64,000 nt of DNA from the NCBI GenBank assembly GCA_963766715.1, contig CAVYBH010000015.1:128001-192000 (forward strand), read 5' to 3'. This DNA is from an uncultured delta proteobacterium (GTDB taxonomy: Bacteria; Myxococcota; Myxococcia; Myxococcales; Anaeromyxobacteraceae). Below are positions 44,043 through 56,157 of this stretch, piece by piece (within the stretch, counting starts at the first letter, position 1; the number at the start of each line of letters is the position of its first letter). The notes below the pieces were generated by a model that was not told the origin of the DNA, made no database searches, and worked only from the letters and a program-made list of their open reading frames with translations. The position numbers were made by a program, and so were the translations under genes.

Positions 44043-44873
44043 ATGAAGGGCGGGAGGCAGGCCGGCGGGGAGGGGCGGACGCTCCGGGCGCGCGTCGCGG
44101 AGATCGTCTTCGGGCACGACACCTGGGCCGGCAAGGCCTTCGACGTCGCGCTCATCCTCGCCATCATCGGCAGCGTCTCGGTGGTCATGCTGGAGACCGT
44201 GGACTCGGTGCGCGAGGCCTACCTGCCCGCGCTGCGCGTCGCCGAGTGGGGCTTCACGATCCTCTTCACGATCGAGTACGCGGTCCGGCTCTGGTGCTCG
44301 CCCACCCCGCTCCGCTACGCGCGGAGCTTCTTCGGCGTCGTCGACCTGGTCTCGATCCTCCCCACCTACCTCAGCCTCTTCGCCTACGGCGCCCAGGCGC
44401 TCCTCACCGTCCGGTCGCTTCGGCTCATCCGGATCTTCCGGGTGCTCAAGCTCGGCCAGTACACCTCCGAGGCGAGCCAGCTCAGCCGGGCGCTCTCCCG
44501 CAGCCGGCAGAAGATCACGGTGTTCCTCGCGGTGGTCCTCACGCTCGTCCTCGTGCTGGGCTCGCTCATGTACCTCGTCGAGGGGCCGGAGAACGGCTTC
44601 ACGAGCATCCCGCGCGCCGTCTACTGGGCGATCGTCACCCTCACCACCGTCGGCTACGGCGACATCACGCCCCACACGGTGGGCGGCCAGCTGCTCGCGT
44701 CGCTGGTGATGATCCTGGGCTACGGCATCATCGCCGTGCCCACCGGCATCGTGACCGTCGAGCTGGGTCGATCGGCCTCCCCGGCGCTGGCCCGGGACTG
44801 CGGGCGCTGTGCGCTGCCCGGACACGACGCCGACGCGCGCTACTGCAAGCGCTGCGGCGAGCCGCTCCGCTGA
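44043..44873 (+). CDS. Voltage-gated-type K+ channel (ion transporter)
   Basis: S4 RSLRLIRIFRVLKL; filter TTVGYGD; C-terminal CxxC...CxxC. Confidence 0.92.
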   Translation: MKGGRQAGGEGRTLRARVAEIVFGHDTWAGKAFDVALILAIIGSVSVVMLETVDSVREAYLPALRVAEWGFTILFTIEYAVRLWCSPTPLRYARSFFGVVDLVSILPTYLSLFAYGAQALLTVRSLRLIRIFRVLKLGQYTSEASQLSRALSRSRQKITVFLAVVLTLVLVLGSLMYLVEGPENGFTSIPRAVYWAIVTLTTVGYGDITPHTVGGQLLASLVMILGYGIIAVPTGIVTVELGRSASPALARDCGRCALPGHDADARYCKRCGEPLR

Positions 44874-45627
44874 CCCGGGCCGGGCCCGTCCCGGCGCAGC
44901 CGCTCCAGCACCGAGAGCAGCGTCGCCACGTCTCCCTGCCGCCCGAGGAAGAACGGGGCTGCGCTTCCCCGGCGCCGCCCCACCGAGACCCCCACGAGCG
45001 GGACCTGCCGACGGGCGCCGGAACACGTCCTCGTCGGTGGCGTCGTCGCCCACGAAGAGCACCCGCTCGAACCGGCCGCCGCGGGCCACCCGCGCCAGGG
45101 CCTCCCCCTTGTCGGGGGCGCCGCGGACGACCGCGTTCAGGACGCGCTTGCCCCCGACGATCCGGACGCCGGGCAGGTCGAGCAGGGCGCGCCACGCCGT
45201 GAGCCGCGCCGCCGCGCCCTGCACGTGCACGGCGAGCGAGAGCCCCTTGTCCTCGACGTCGATCCCGCCCGCCCCGGCCAGCTCGGCGTCGAGGCGCCGG
45301 CGCCACGCGCGCACCCGCCGCCACCACCCGGCGGCGCCCGGCAGCGGGCGGCGCCGCCTCCGCGCCGTGGTTCCCCACCACGGCGATCAGCTGGGCCCCG
45401 CCCAGGCGGGCCTGGACGTCGGGCCGGGAACGGCCGGAGATCACGGCGCAGGGCCAGCCGTCGGCCACGGCGCGGAGCAGCCGGACGGTGCGAGGCGACA
45501 GGCGGGCCCGGTCGCGCGAGGCCACGATGGGCGCGAGCGTGCCGTCGAAGTCGAAGGCGAGCAGCGTGCGGCACGCCGCCAGCTCCCGGAGCAGCGGCCG
45601 GGATCGCGCGGACAGGAGGTCTTTCAC
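44840..45627 (-). CDS. otsB: Trehalose-6-phosphate phosphatase; frameshifts
   Basis: AFDFDGTL, ISGR, GNHG, EDKG and VGDDATDEDVF motifs. Confidence 0.88.
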
Positions 45628-47871
45628 GGACCGTGCTCCACGCTCGCTCGATCGTCTCCCGCGAGCCGGGTGGTCAGCCGGTCTCGCCGGCGGAGCTTGG
45701 TGGCGTCGAGGAGCATGCGCCCGGCCCACCGGTACACGTTGAACTCGGCCACCAGGGTCCGCATGGACTGCATGCGCTCCTCCTGCTCGCTGGCGGGCAT
45801 CTCCAGCGCCGCGGCCAGGGCCGCGCTGGCCGCGTCCAGGTCGTACGGGTTCACGAGCAGGGCCTCGGTGAGCTCCCGGGCGGCGCCGGTGAAGCGGGAG
45901 AGCACGAGCACGCCCCGGAGGTCGTCGCGGGCGGAGACGAACTCCTTGGCGACCAGGTTCATGCCGTCGTGGAGGCTCGAGACGTAGCAGAGGTCGGCGG
46001 CCCGGTAGAGGCGGAAGACCTCGGGGCGGATCGTGATGGGCGTGGAGGAGGACGATCGGCCCCCGCCCGCGGCCCGCGAACCGCTCGTTGATGCGGGCGG
46101 TGATGCGCTCCACCTCCTCGCCGAGGAGGCGGTAGCGTTCGATGAGGGTGCGGCTCGGCGCCGCCACCTGGACGAACCAGAACCTCCCGCGCAGGTCGGG
46201 GCGGCGCTCCAGCAGCCGCTCGACCGCCAGGAGCCGCTCGGCGATTCCCTTGGTGTAGTCGAGCCGATCCACTCCCAGTCCGACGAGGGCGTCGGGGGGC
46301 AGCCCGAGCTCGGCCCGGACGTCCTTGCGGCACTCCGCCACCGACGGCGCCCGCTCCAGCCAGCGGCTGGGCCACTCCACCGAGATCGGATAGGCGCGCA
46401 CCAGGGTCTCTCGTCCGCCCACGACCACCGACTGGCGCTCGCGGTCGATGCGGGCCTCGAGCGTGCGGTCCACGGACTCGAGGAAGTTGTTGCAGTGGGC
46501 CTGCGTGTGGAAGCCGAGGATGCTCGATCCCAGCAGGCCCTCGAGCAGCTGCCGGTCCCAGGGGCAGATGGCGAAGCGCTCGGCGCTCGGCCAGGGGATG
46601 TGCCAGAAGGTGATGACGGTCGACCGGGGGACGCGGGCGTGGATCATCCGGGGGAGCAGGGCGAAGTGGTAGTCCTGGACCAGGACGATGGGGTCGGCCC
46701 CGTGGACCTCGTCGACGACCGCCTGCGCGAAGAGGCGGTTGGCCTGCTGGTAGTGGCTCCAGTCCCCGGCCCGGAACTCGGGGCGGGCGTCCGCCAGGTG
46801 GCACAGCGGCCAGAGCCCCTCGTTCGCGAACCCGTAGTAGTACCCGCGCTCCACTTCCGGCTCGAGCCAGACCCGCCGCAGCGTGTAGGACGCCTCGCCC
46901 GGAGGAACGAGCACCCGGTCGTGGCCGTCGACCACGTCGCGGTCGGCCGAGCCGCTGCCGTGCGCGATCCACGTGCCCGAGCAGGCCCGCATCACCGGCT
47001 CCAGCGCCGTGACGAGACCGCTCGCCGGGAACATGACCCGCACCAGGCCGTCCTCCCCGCGCACGTGCAGGTAGGGCTCGCGGTTCGCGACGGCGACGAC
47101 GCCCTCCCCTCCGAGGCTCCGCTCCAGCACCCGGCGAAGGCGCTCGGCCGACCACCGGCCGCCGACCGTCTCCTCCTCGGTCGCCAGCGAGGCGACCAGC
47201 TCGCGAACGTCGGCGAGCACCGGCCCGAAGTCCCGGTGGGACTCGGCTCCCCCCTTCCCGCTCAGGACGCCGGGGAGGAACTTGCGCAGCTCGGTGGCCC
47301 AGGAGCGCCGGGAGAACCGCGCCGTGAGGAGCGTGGCGACGGCGGCGGCGAATCCGACCAGGCCGAAGGCCAGGAACAGGGCCTGCCGGGTCGACGAGGC
47401 CCGCCGGTCGACGAAGGAGAGGTCGTGCACGAGGATCAGGTAACCCGTCACGCCGTCCGCGTTGGTCACCGGCTCGACGCTGACGTGGACGTCGCCGCCC
47501 TCCACCCTCACGTTCTCGTCGACCCCGTGGCGCAGGTCCTCCTCGCCGTCCTTCCTCTCCTCGCAGCGAGCCACGGCGGGAAGGACGCCGGCCGACGCGA
47601 GGGTCTGGAGGGCCCGATCGCAGACGGTGGCGGCGATCAGCCGCTCGTCCCGGACCAGGGCCTCGAGGAGGGCTCGCGTCCCCGCCCGGTTGGACCCGGC
47701 GATGTTCCGCGCCAGCGTCTCCTGGGAGCTCGAGATGACGAGCTGGGCGCGCGCCCTCAGATCCCGCTCGGCCCAGGAGCGGGCGCTCCGGGTGGCGACG
47801 GCCGAGGCCCCCCAGGCGATGAGCGCAAGGAGGACGAGCAGGGGTACGAGAAACCGGAAGGCGAATCGCAT
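45624..47871 (-). CDS. otsA: Trehalose-6-phosphate synthase with N-terminal two-TM/extracytoplasmic domain; frameshift near 46030
   Basis: ANREP, SGLVTAL, YYGFANEGLWPLCH, VQDYH, FWHIPWP, VDRLDYTKG and DGMNLVAKEF motifs. Confidence 0.92.
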
Positions 47872-47943
47872 GGCACCCCCTTCCCTGTCCGGCATATGTC
47901 GATGCGGGCGGGAAGGCTCCACAATCCGCCCGGAAAGACGACC

Positions 47944-49712
47944 ATGCGCCTCGATGATCTCGGGCTCATCGGCAACTGCCAGTACGCCGCGCTGGTGCAC
48001 CGGGACGGGACCGTGGCCTGGTGCTGTCTCCCCCGCTTCGACTCGGAGCCGGTCTTCGGCTCGCTGCTCGACGAGGCCGACGGGGGGCGCTTCCGGGTGG
48101 GACCGGCCTCGGGCGCGCCCGGCGTCCAGCGTTACCTCCCCAACACCAACGTGCTGGAGACGCTGTTCGACGACGGCACCGACGGGTTCCGCGTGATCGA
48201 CTTCGCTCCCCGCTTCGAGCAGCACGAGCGCTCCTTCCGGCCCACGCAGCTCTTCCGGGTGATCGAGCCGGTGCGCGGGCAGCCGCGCGTGCGCGTGACG
48301 TGCGACCCGCGGCTGGGGTGGAGCAAGGCGCGGCCCCAGGTCCTGCAGGGATCGAATCACCTCCGGTACGAGGGGTTCGAGTCCCAGCTCCGCCTCACCA
48401 CCGACGTCCCGCTCTCCTACCTGGCGACGTCCCAGCCCTTCGCGCTCACCGGGCGGCGCCACCTGGTGCTCTCCTGGGGCCAGCCCATCGAGGAGCCGCT
48501 CCAGCCCCTCACCGACCGCTTCCTGGGCGAGACGGAGCGCTACTGGCGACGCTGGGTGAAGGGCTGCACCGTGCCGGTCCACTTCCAGGACGAGGTCATC
48601 CGGTCCGCGCTGGCGCTCAAGCTCCACTGCTTCGAGGACACCGGCGCCATCGTCGCGGCCACCACCACCTCGATTCCCGAGTTCCCGGGGAGCGGCCGGA
48701 CCTGGGACTACCGGTACTGCTGGCTCCGCGACGCCTACCACGTGCTGGGCGCCTTCCACCTCCTGGGCCAGTTCGAGGAGCGGGAGCGCTTCATCCAGTG
48801 GCTCTTCGACGTGGCAGGAGGAAGCCCCGACCTGGACCTGGCGCCGCTCTACCGCATCGACGGCCGCGCCGACCTGGACGAGCGGATCGTTCCCGCCTGG
48901 CCGGGACACGGAGGGGACGGTCCGGTCCGCGTGGGGAATGGCGCGTTCCTCCAGCGCCAGAACGACATCTTCGGGGAGACGGCGCTCGCGCTGTCCCCCG
49001 TGTTCCTCGACGAGCGCTTCCAGGACGAGCAGTCACCGGCCACCCTGGGGCTCCTCACGCGGCTGACGCGGAAGGCCCTGGCCGTGGCCGGCACGCCGGA
49101 CGCCGGCATCTGGGAGGAGCGGGCCGAGGCCCGTCCCCGGACCTTCTCGAGCCTGATGAGCTGGGCGGCAGCCGACCGCGTCGCCGCCGTGCTGCGGACC
49201 CACCAGCCCGCGGGTGCCGCCGAGTTCGCCGACGGCGCCGAGCGAGTCCGGGACGAGATGATTCGCGAGGCCTGGAACGCCCAGGCGCGGCGCCTTCGCC
49301 TCGACCTACGGCGGCTCCGAGCTCGACGCCGCCATGCTGCAGATGGCGCCGCTCCGCTTCCTCCCGCCGGCCGATCCCCGCCTCGGCTCCACGGTCGACG
49401 CCGTCGCCGCGGGGCTGGGGCGGGAGGGCTGGATCTGGCGCTACTCCGGGCGACGACGGGCTGGGCATCCCGCAGGTGGCCTTCGTGCTCTGCACGTTCT
49501 GGCTGGTGGAGGCGCTCTCGGTGCTGGGACGGGCCAAGGAGGCCCGCCGCGTCCTCTCGCACGCGACCACCGCCCTGACCCCGCTCGGCCTGCTCTCCGA
49601 GGACTACGACCCGCGGGGCGAGCGCTGGGGCAACTTCCCCCAGGCGTACTCGCACGTGGGGCTCATCCGGGCGGCCTTCGCGGCCTCGCCGCCGTGGAGC
49701 GACGTGCTCTAG
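47944..49712 (+). CDS. Glycoside hydrolase family 15 (trehalase/glucoamylase-like); frameshifts near 49290 and 49450
   Basis: IGNCQYAALV, RTWDYRYCWLRD, DAGIWE and GNFPQAYSH motifs. Confidence 0.92.
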
Positions 49713-50073
49713 CGGGTGCGACCCGGCCGGATCGGGCCACCCCTCTCCGGGTCAGGCGCCGCGGCCGAACCGTTCTCCCAGGGTGAATAGCGGAAATTGA
49801 TTTTCCGGCTGGCCTCATCCTTTTTTGGCCTCCGGATATCGCCCGGGAACCCTTTTTCTCCCGGCGGGACGCGAAGGGAATCGCTTGCTTGCGCGTGCAA
49901 TGACCTGCTTGCTCCACCTTCGGATCGAACCCGTTTCGCCGGTTGCGCTGGAGGCTGACGGATGGCAATCTCGTGCGCGCTCACGCGCTCGAAGGAACGC
50001 TCGAAGGGAGGTGGTGCTCCAGGGATTTCGGATTTCGGGGAGGGAGCGTCAACCCCAACCGATGGAGTCAGCC

Positions 50074-52872
50074 ATGACGAGCAGCACGCGCCGCGTCCTG
50101 TGGGCCCTTGCGCTTGCGGGTTTCGCGGCATCACCTCTCGAAGCACTCGCGTTCCCCACCTACTACGACTCCAACTGCGCGGCCTGCCACGGCACGACCA
50201 CGGCGGGCGGCGTCCAGACCTGCGCCGGCTGCCACGCCCATGGCACCCACCCGGACAGCTCGAAGAGCAGCCTGAACCTCACCGGGGCGACCTCCAAGGC
50301 CAGCTACGCGCCCGGCGAGACGGTGAGCGTGGTCATCAACGGCGGCTACCGGGCCGGCTGGGTCCGCGCCATCCTGTACGACCAGAACCTGCACGAGCTG
50401 GCCAGGAGCACCGGGGCGGTGAAGCCCGGCTTCTCGGCCCCCTGCTGCGGCTCCGGCTTCCCCATCACGCTCACGGCCCCTGCGCCCACGACGCCGGGCA
50501 CCTACACCTGGTGGGTGGCCTGGTACGGCAACCAGTTCGACGCCGGAGGCGCCTTCTTCGGGCCCAACTTCGTCGCCTCGGCCAACGCCGGCCACGGCGA
50601 GGAGCGCGTACAGACCAACTCGTTCACCGTGGTGGCGGCCGCCAACCCGGTCATCGCGCTCGCTCCGCCCGCGCTCGCCTTCGGGTCGGTGAACGTCGGC
50701 TCGGCCTCTTCCCTGACCACGTCGATCCAGAACAACGGCACGGCCGCCCTCACGGTCTCGTCGATCGCCCTCTGCGCCGGGACGGTGACCGAGTTCAGCT
50801 GGTCCCCTGCCGCCCCCATCAACGTGCCCGCCGGGGGGAGCGCCACGCTGACCGTCACCTTCACGGCCGTGAACGCCGACACGGACTCCGGCTGCCTCGC
50901 GCTGCAAGAGCAACGACCCCGCCAACCCGACCACGAACCTCTCCGTCAGCGCCACGGGCGTAGCGCCGTCGGCCCCGACCATCGCGCTCTCCCCCGCCTC
51001 GCTCTCCTTCGGGACGGTGACGGTGGGCGCCTCGGCCACGCTCCCGACCCAGGTGCAGGACACCGGCAGCGCGGCGCTCAACGTGACCTCGATCACCCCG
51101 TGCGCGGGGACGACAGGGGTCTTCACCTGGTCCCCGGCCGCACCCTTCACGGTCGCGGCGGGAGGCGCCACCACGCTCTCGGTGACCTACACGCCCACTG
51201 GCGCGGCCGGCGACTCGGGGTGCCTGGCGCTGGCGAGCAACGACGCGCTCCAGCCCACCGTCAACCTGACCCTGAGCGGCAATGGCGCGAACCCCTCGGC
51301 GGCGGCGATCGCCTTCTCGCCCGCCACCCTCGGGTTCGGCACCGTGGTCGTCGGCAACTCGAAGCAGCTTCCGGCCCAGGTCCAGAACGTCGGCACGGCC
51401 CCCCTCTCGGTGACCGCCATCGCGCGCCTGCAGCGGCACGAGCGGCGAGTTCACCTGGAGCCCGGCCGCCCCGTTCACCGTCGCGCCGGGACAGTCGACC
51501 GCGCTGACCGTCACCTACGCACCCACCGACGTCGACGCCGAGGTGGGCTGCCTCGCCGTGTCGAGCAACGACCCGGGGAAGCCGGTGGCGAACCTCGGGC
51601 TCACCGCGCAGGGCGCGGCGGCGCCGACCCCGTCGGTCGCCCTCCTCCCCGCAGCGCTCGACTTCGGAACCGTGCAGGTCGGCTCGCCGGCCTCGCTCGT
51701 TTCCCAGGTCCAGGACGTCGGAGGCGCCGAATCTCCACGTCTCGGCCATCGCAGCCTGCTCCGGCACCAGCGGCGAGTTCACCTGGAGCCCTCAGGCGCC
51801 CTTCATCGGTGGCCGCCGGCCAGGCCCAGGCGCTCACCGTGACGTACGCGCCCACCGACGCGGGTCCGGACAACGGCTGCCTCTCCCTCACCACCGATGA
51901 CCCCCTGAACGCCACCGTCACCCTGGGGCTCTCCGGGACCGGGAGCACCACTGCGGCCTTCCCCGCCATCGCCCTCGTCCCCGACGCGCTCGACTTCGGC
52001 ACGCGTGACCATCGGCGGATTGGCCCAGCGGACCTCCCAGGTGCAGAACACCGGCAATGCCCCGCTCGACGTCATGGGTATCGCCTCCTGCACCGGGACC
52101 AGCGCCGAGTTCACCTGAGTCTCCCGCCGCACCGTTCACCGTGGCGCCCGGGCCAGTCGGCCACCCTCACGGTCACCTACGCCCCCACGGACGCCGGGAC
52201 GGACACCGGGCTGCTTCACGATCGCGAGCAACGACCCGGCCAACGTCGACCGTCCAGCTGCAGCTGAACGGCACCGGGACTCCAGCCGGTCGTGGCCGGC
52301 GTCGACATCGACATCGACGAGCTGAAGGTGCCCGAGGAGGCCCGCGTCACCGTACGTCGATCACCCCGAGGCTGCACGCCAAGAACTCCGGGAAGGTGGA
52401 CGGCTCGGCTCCGGCTCGGCTCGTGGCCTCGCTCGCCGGGGTCCAGGTCTACGACCAGTCGATCACGGTCACGCTCCCGAAGGGCGAGGACGGCACCTTC
52501 CGGTTCCCGGCCTTCGCGGTCGCCGCGAACACCTCCGGCACGTTGCGCTGGACGGTGACCATCACCGACGACGATGCGGACGTCGACCAGGCCATGGCCC
52601 GGACCCGGATCGGAGAGGGCGACGACGACGGCCACGAGGGCGGGGGGGACGACTCCGGCGGAGGGTCGGCCTCGTCCGGATCCTCCGGCACGACCGGCCC
52701 CACCGGACCGACGGGCCCGACCGGGACGTCCCCGGACGCGACGACGACGAACGGCGGGTCGCTGAAGGCCTCGATGGGCGGCTGCAGCACCGGCGGCGCC
52801 GCGGCGCCGGGCCTGCTGCTCGCCCTCGCGGCCCTGCTCGCCGGCCGCAAGCCGTACCGCAGGAACCGGTAG
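50074..52872 (+). CDS. Exported diheme c-type cytochrome with five Ig-like (ASH/choice-of-anchor D-like) repeats and a MYXO-CTERM-like tail; multiple frameshifts
   Basis: Signal peptide; CAACH and CAGCH; ~109-aa repeats; C-terminal GGCSTGG...LLLALAALL + basic residues. Confidence 0.8.
50641..52280 (+). repeat. Five ~330-bp intragenic domain repeats
   Basis: Units start near 50641, 50975, 51305, 51630 and 51965; each reads IALxPxxLxFG...C.GT..EF.W.P.APF...LTVTY.PT...GCL...SND. Confidence 0.8.
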
Positions 52873-52890
52873 CGCAGGACCAGGCGTGAC

Positions 52891-52936
52891 CCGCGCCGGA
52901 GGGGGCATCCCGCCCTCCCCGGCGCGGCTTCGTTTC
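52891..52936 (+). terminator. Intrinsic terminator
   Basis: CCGCGCCGG...CCGGCGCGG stem followed by CTTCGTTTC. Confidence 0.6.
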
Positions 52937-53054
52937 ATCCTCGTCACCCCGACCGATCCCGGGTACCCGAACGGCCCGTTTTGGGCTACAAGCGCCCCGA
53001 GCGCATCGGTAGAATTCGCGTCTTCGAAACATTTCTCCAAGAGGTGACGTCCAC

Positions 53055-54513
53055 ATGGTCGAGTTCGGAAAGCGGATCCTGTTCGTCGGGTACGGCGCGG
53101 TGGCCCAGTGCACGCTGCCCATCCTCATGAAGCACGTGAAGGTGAGCCCGAAGAACGTCACGGTGATGGACTTCGAGGACCGGCGGGAGGCGCTCGCGCC
53201 CTGGCTGAAGAAGGGCGTCCAGTTCGTCCAGAAGAAGATCACCCGCTCGAACATGACGTCGGTGCTGAAGAAGCACGTCGGCCCCGGCGACGTCATCATC
53301 GACCTGGCCTGGAACATCGACGCCGGCGAGATCCTCCAGTGGTGCCACGACCACGGCGTGCTCTACGTGAACACCTCGGTCGAGGTCTGGGACCCCTACG
53401 AGGGCGCCGAGGACAAGCACCCCACCGAGCGCACCCTCTACTGGCGCCACATGAACCTGCGAAAGATGATCGCCGGCTGGAAGGAGAAGGGCCCCACCGC
53501 GGTGCTCGAGCACGGCGCCAACCCCGGCCTGATCTCCCACTTCACCAAGCAGGGGCTCCTCGACATCGGCAAGAAGATGCTGAAGGACGGCAAGGCGAAG
53601 GGGAAGGACGCCGAGGAGATCCAGCAGCTCATGAAGGACCAGGCCTGGAACAAGCTGGCCCGGAAGCTGGGCGTGAAGGTGATCCACTGCAGCGAGCGCG
53701 ACACCCAGATCACGAACGTGCCGAAGAAGGTGGACGAGTTCGTGAACACCTGGAGCGTGGAGGGCTTCCGCGAGGAGGGCACGACCACCGCCGAGCTGGG
53801 CTGGGGCACCCACGAGAAGGAGCTCCCCGCCCTCGCGGTCGAGCACGCCAGCGGCCCGAAGAACCAGATCTGCCTGGCGCGCATGGGCATCAACACCTGG
53901 GTGGTCTCCTGGGTGCCGAACTACCGCATCCACGGCATGGTGGTCCGCCACGGCGAGGCCTTCACCATCAGCGACAAGCTGACGGTGTGGGAGGACGGCA
54001 AGGCGGTCTACCGCCCCACCGTCCACTACGCCTACTGCCCGAGCGACTCGGCCATCGTCTCCCTGAACGAGCTGCGCGGCTACGACTACGAGCTGCAGCC
54101 CACCTACCGCATCCTGAACGACGAGATCACCAGCGGCTCCGACATCCTCGGCGCCCTCATCATGGGGCACCCCTACAACTCCTGGTGGGTGGGCAGCGAC
54201 CTCTCCATCGAGGAGTCGCGCCGGCTCGTCCCGCACCAGAACGCCACCACCATGCAGGTGGCCATCTCGGTGGTCGCGGCCACGATGTGGATGGTCGAGA
54301 ACCCGGAGCGCGGCGTGGTGGTCCCGGACGACCTCCCGCACGAGTACGTGCTCAAGATCGCCAAGCCCTACCTGGGGAAGTGGATCTCCGAAGTCCTCCG
54401 ACTGGACCCCGCTCAAGCACTACACGAACGCCTTCCAGGGCCACAACAACCCGCAGATCGACGCCTCGGACCCCTGGCAGTTCAAGAACTTCCTCATCAC
54501 CGACGGCGACTAG
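53055..54513 (+). CDS. hss: Homospermidine synthase; frameshift near 54390
   Basis: GYGAV, HGANPG, HCSERDTQ, FVNTWSVEG and QNATTMQV motifs; shifted C-terminus PWQFKNFL. Confidence 0.92.
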
Positions 54514-54535
54514 CGGCGAGCCCCGGGAGGGACAC

Positions 54536-55678
54536 ATGATCTCCGCGAAGCGCCTCCAGCAGCTGGCCCGGAAGCACGGCACGCCGCTCTTCGTCGTCGA
54601 CCACGACGAGGTCCGGAAGAACTACGCCACCTTCAAGAAGTACCTCCCCCGGGTGCAGGCCTACTACGCGGTCAAGGCCAACTCCGATCCGGCCATCGTG
54701 AAGACGCTCTTCGACGCCGGGGCCAGCTTCGACGTGGCCTCGATGCCGGAGTTCATGATCGTCTACGACCTCATCCGCGACATGCCGGAGAAGGAACGGC
54801 AGGCGTGGATCTGGGACAAGATCATCTACGCCAACCCGATCAAGGCGAACGGCACGCTGCGGCAGCTCGACCGCTACCGGCCGCTCGTCACCTACGACAA
54901 CCTCGAGGAGATCGGGAAGATCAAGAAGTACGCGCCCCGGGCCGGGCTCGCGCTGCGGCTGCGCGTGCCCAACACCGGGGCCATGGTGGAGCTCTCCTCC
55001 AAGTTCGGCGCGTCGTCGGGCGAGGCGGTGGACCTGATCCTCGAGGCCGTGAAGCAGGGGCTCACGGTGGAGGGGATCTGCTTCCACGTGGGCAGCCAGA
55101 CCACCAACTTCGACAACTACGTGCAGGCGCTGAACCTGGCCGCCAACGTCTTCCGGGAGGCCAAGGCCCGGGGCTACGGGAAGATGTTCCTGGTCGACAT
55201 CGGCGGCGGCTTCCCCGCCCCCTACGACGACACGGTGAAGCCCTTCCGCGAGCTGGCGAAGGTGCTCAACCGCGAGATCGACCGGCTCTTCCCCAAGGAC
55301 ATCCAGATCCTGGCCGAGCCGGGGCGATTCCTGGTGGCCACCGCCGGCACCGTGGTCTGCACCGTCATCGGCAAGGCCATCCGCGACGGGAAGCTCTGCT
55401 TCTACGTCGACGACGGCGTCTACCACACCTTCTCCGGCGTCATCTTCGACCACTGCCACTACCACTTCGACGCCTTCAAGAAGGGGCCCGAGGAGACCTG
55501 CTCGGTCTTCGGCCCCACCTGCGACGCGCTCGACGTGGTCTCGATGTCGGAGCGGCTGCCCGCGAACCTCAAGCTGGGCGACCTCGTCTACAGCAAGAAC
55601 ATCGGGGCCTACAGCCACGCCTCCTCGACCTCCTTCAACGGCTTCCCGCCCGCCAAGGTCGTGCACGTGAACCAGTAG
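54536..55678 (+). CDS. Fold-type III PLP ornithine decarboxylase
   Basis: YYAVKAN, SKFG, FHVGSQ, DIGGGF, AEPGR and FGPTCD motifs. Confidence 0.9.
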   Translation: MISAKRLQQLARKHGTPLFVVDHDEVRKNYATFKKYLPRVQAYYAVKANSDPAIVKTLFDAGASFDVASMPEFMIVYDLIRDMPEKERQAWIWDKIIYANPIKANGTLRQLDRYRPLVTYDNLEEIGKIKKYAPRAGLALRLRVPNTGAMVELSSKFGASSGEAVDLILEAVKQGLTVEGICFHVGSQTTNFDNYVQALNLAANVFREAKARGYGKMFLVDIGGGFPAPYDDTVKPFRELAKVLNREIDRLFPKDIQILAEPGRFLVATAGTVVCTVIGKAIRDGKLCFYVDDGVYHTFSGVIFDHCHYHFDAFKKGPEETCSVFGPTCDALDVVSMSERLPANLKLGDLVYSKNIGAYSHASSTSFNGFPPAKVVHVNQ

Positions 55679-55689
55679 CGAGGCGACGC

Positions 55690-56088
55690 ATGCCGCATCT
55701 CCAGTTCGAGGTGAACTTCCAGGTCGCGCCGGAGGAGAAGCCCCGCTTCGCCGCGTCCGTGATCCGGCACTTCTCCGAGATCATGGACACCGGGACCGAC
55801 CACATCGCGGTCACGCTCCGCTGCTACGCCCCGGAGGACCTCACCTTCGGCCGGGCGGCGGCGAGCGGCGGGCGAACGGCCTTCGTGAACGCGGACATCC
55901 GCCTGGGACGGACGAAGGAGCAGAAGCGGAGGCTCGCCCTCGCCTACATCGACGAGATCTCGCGCACATGGGGGCTTTCGCGGGAGGCGGTCTACGTCAT
56001 CTTCACCGAGCACGACGGAGAGCATTTTCAGCTGTCGGATCGGGTACTTCCGTCCTGGTCGTCGGGAGAGGATCCGCTGCGCGATTAA
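55690..56088 (+). CDS. Tautomerase/MIF superfamily protein
   Basis: N-terminal Met-Pro; GRTKEQKR motif. Confidence 0.75.
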   Translation: MPHLQFEVNFQVAPEEKPRFAASVIRHFSEIMDTGTDHIAVTLRCYAPEDLTFGRAAASGGRTAFVNADIRLGRTKEQKRRLALAYIDEISRTWGLSREAVYVIFTEHDGEHFQLSDRVLPSWSSGEDPLRD

Positions 56089-56157
56089 GCGCCCGCGATT
56101 CGCAGTACCATTGAAGAGAAGACGGCTTCGCCGCGTCTGCATCACAGAGGTGACGCC

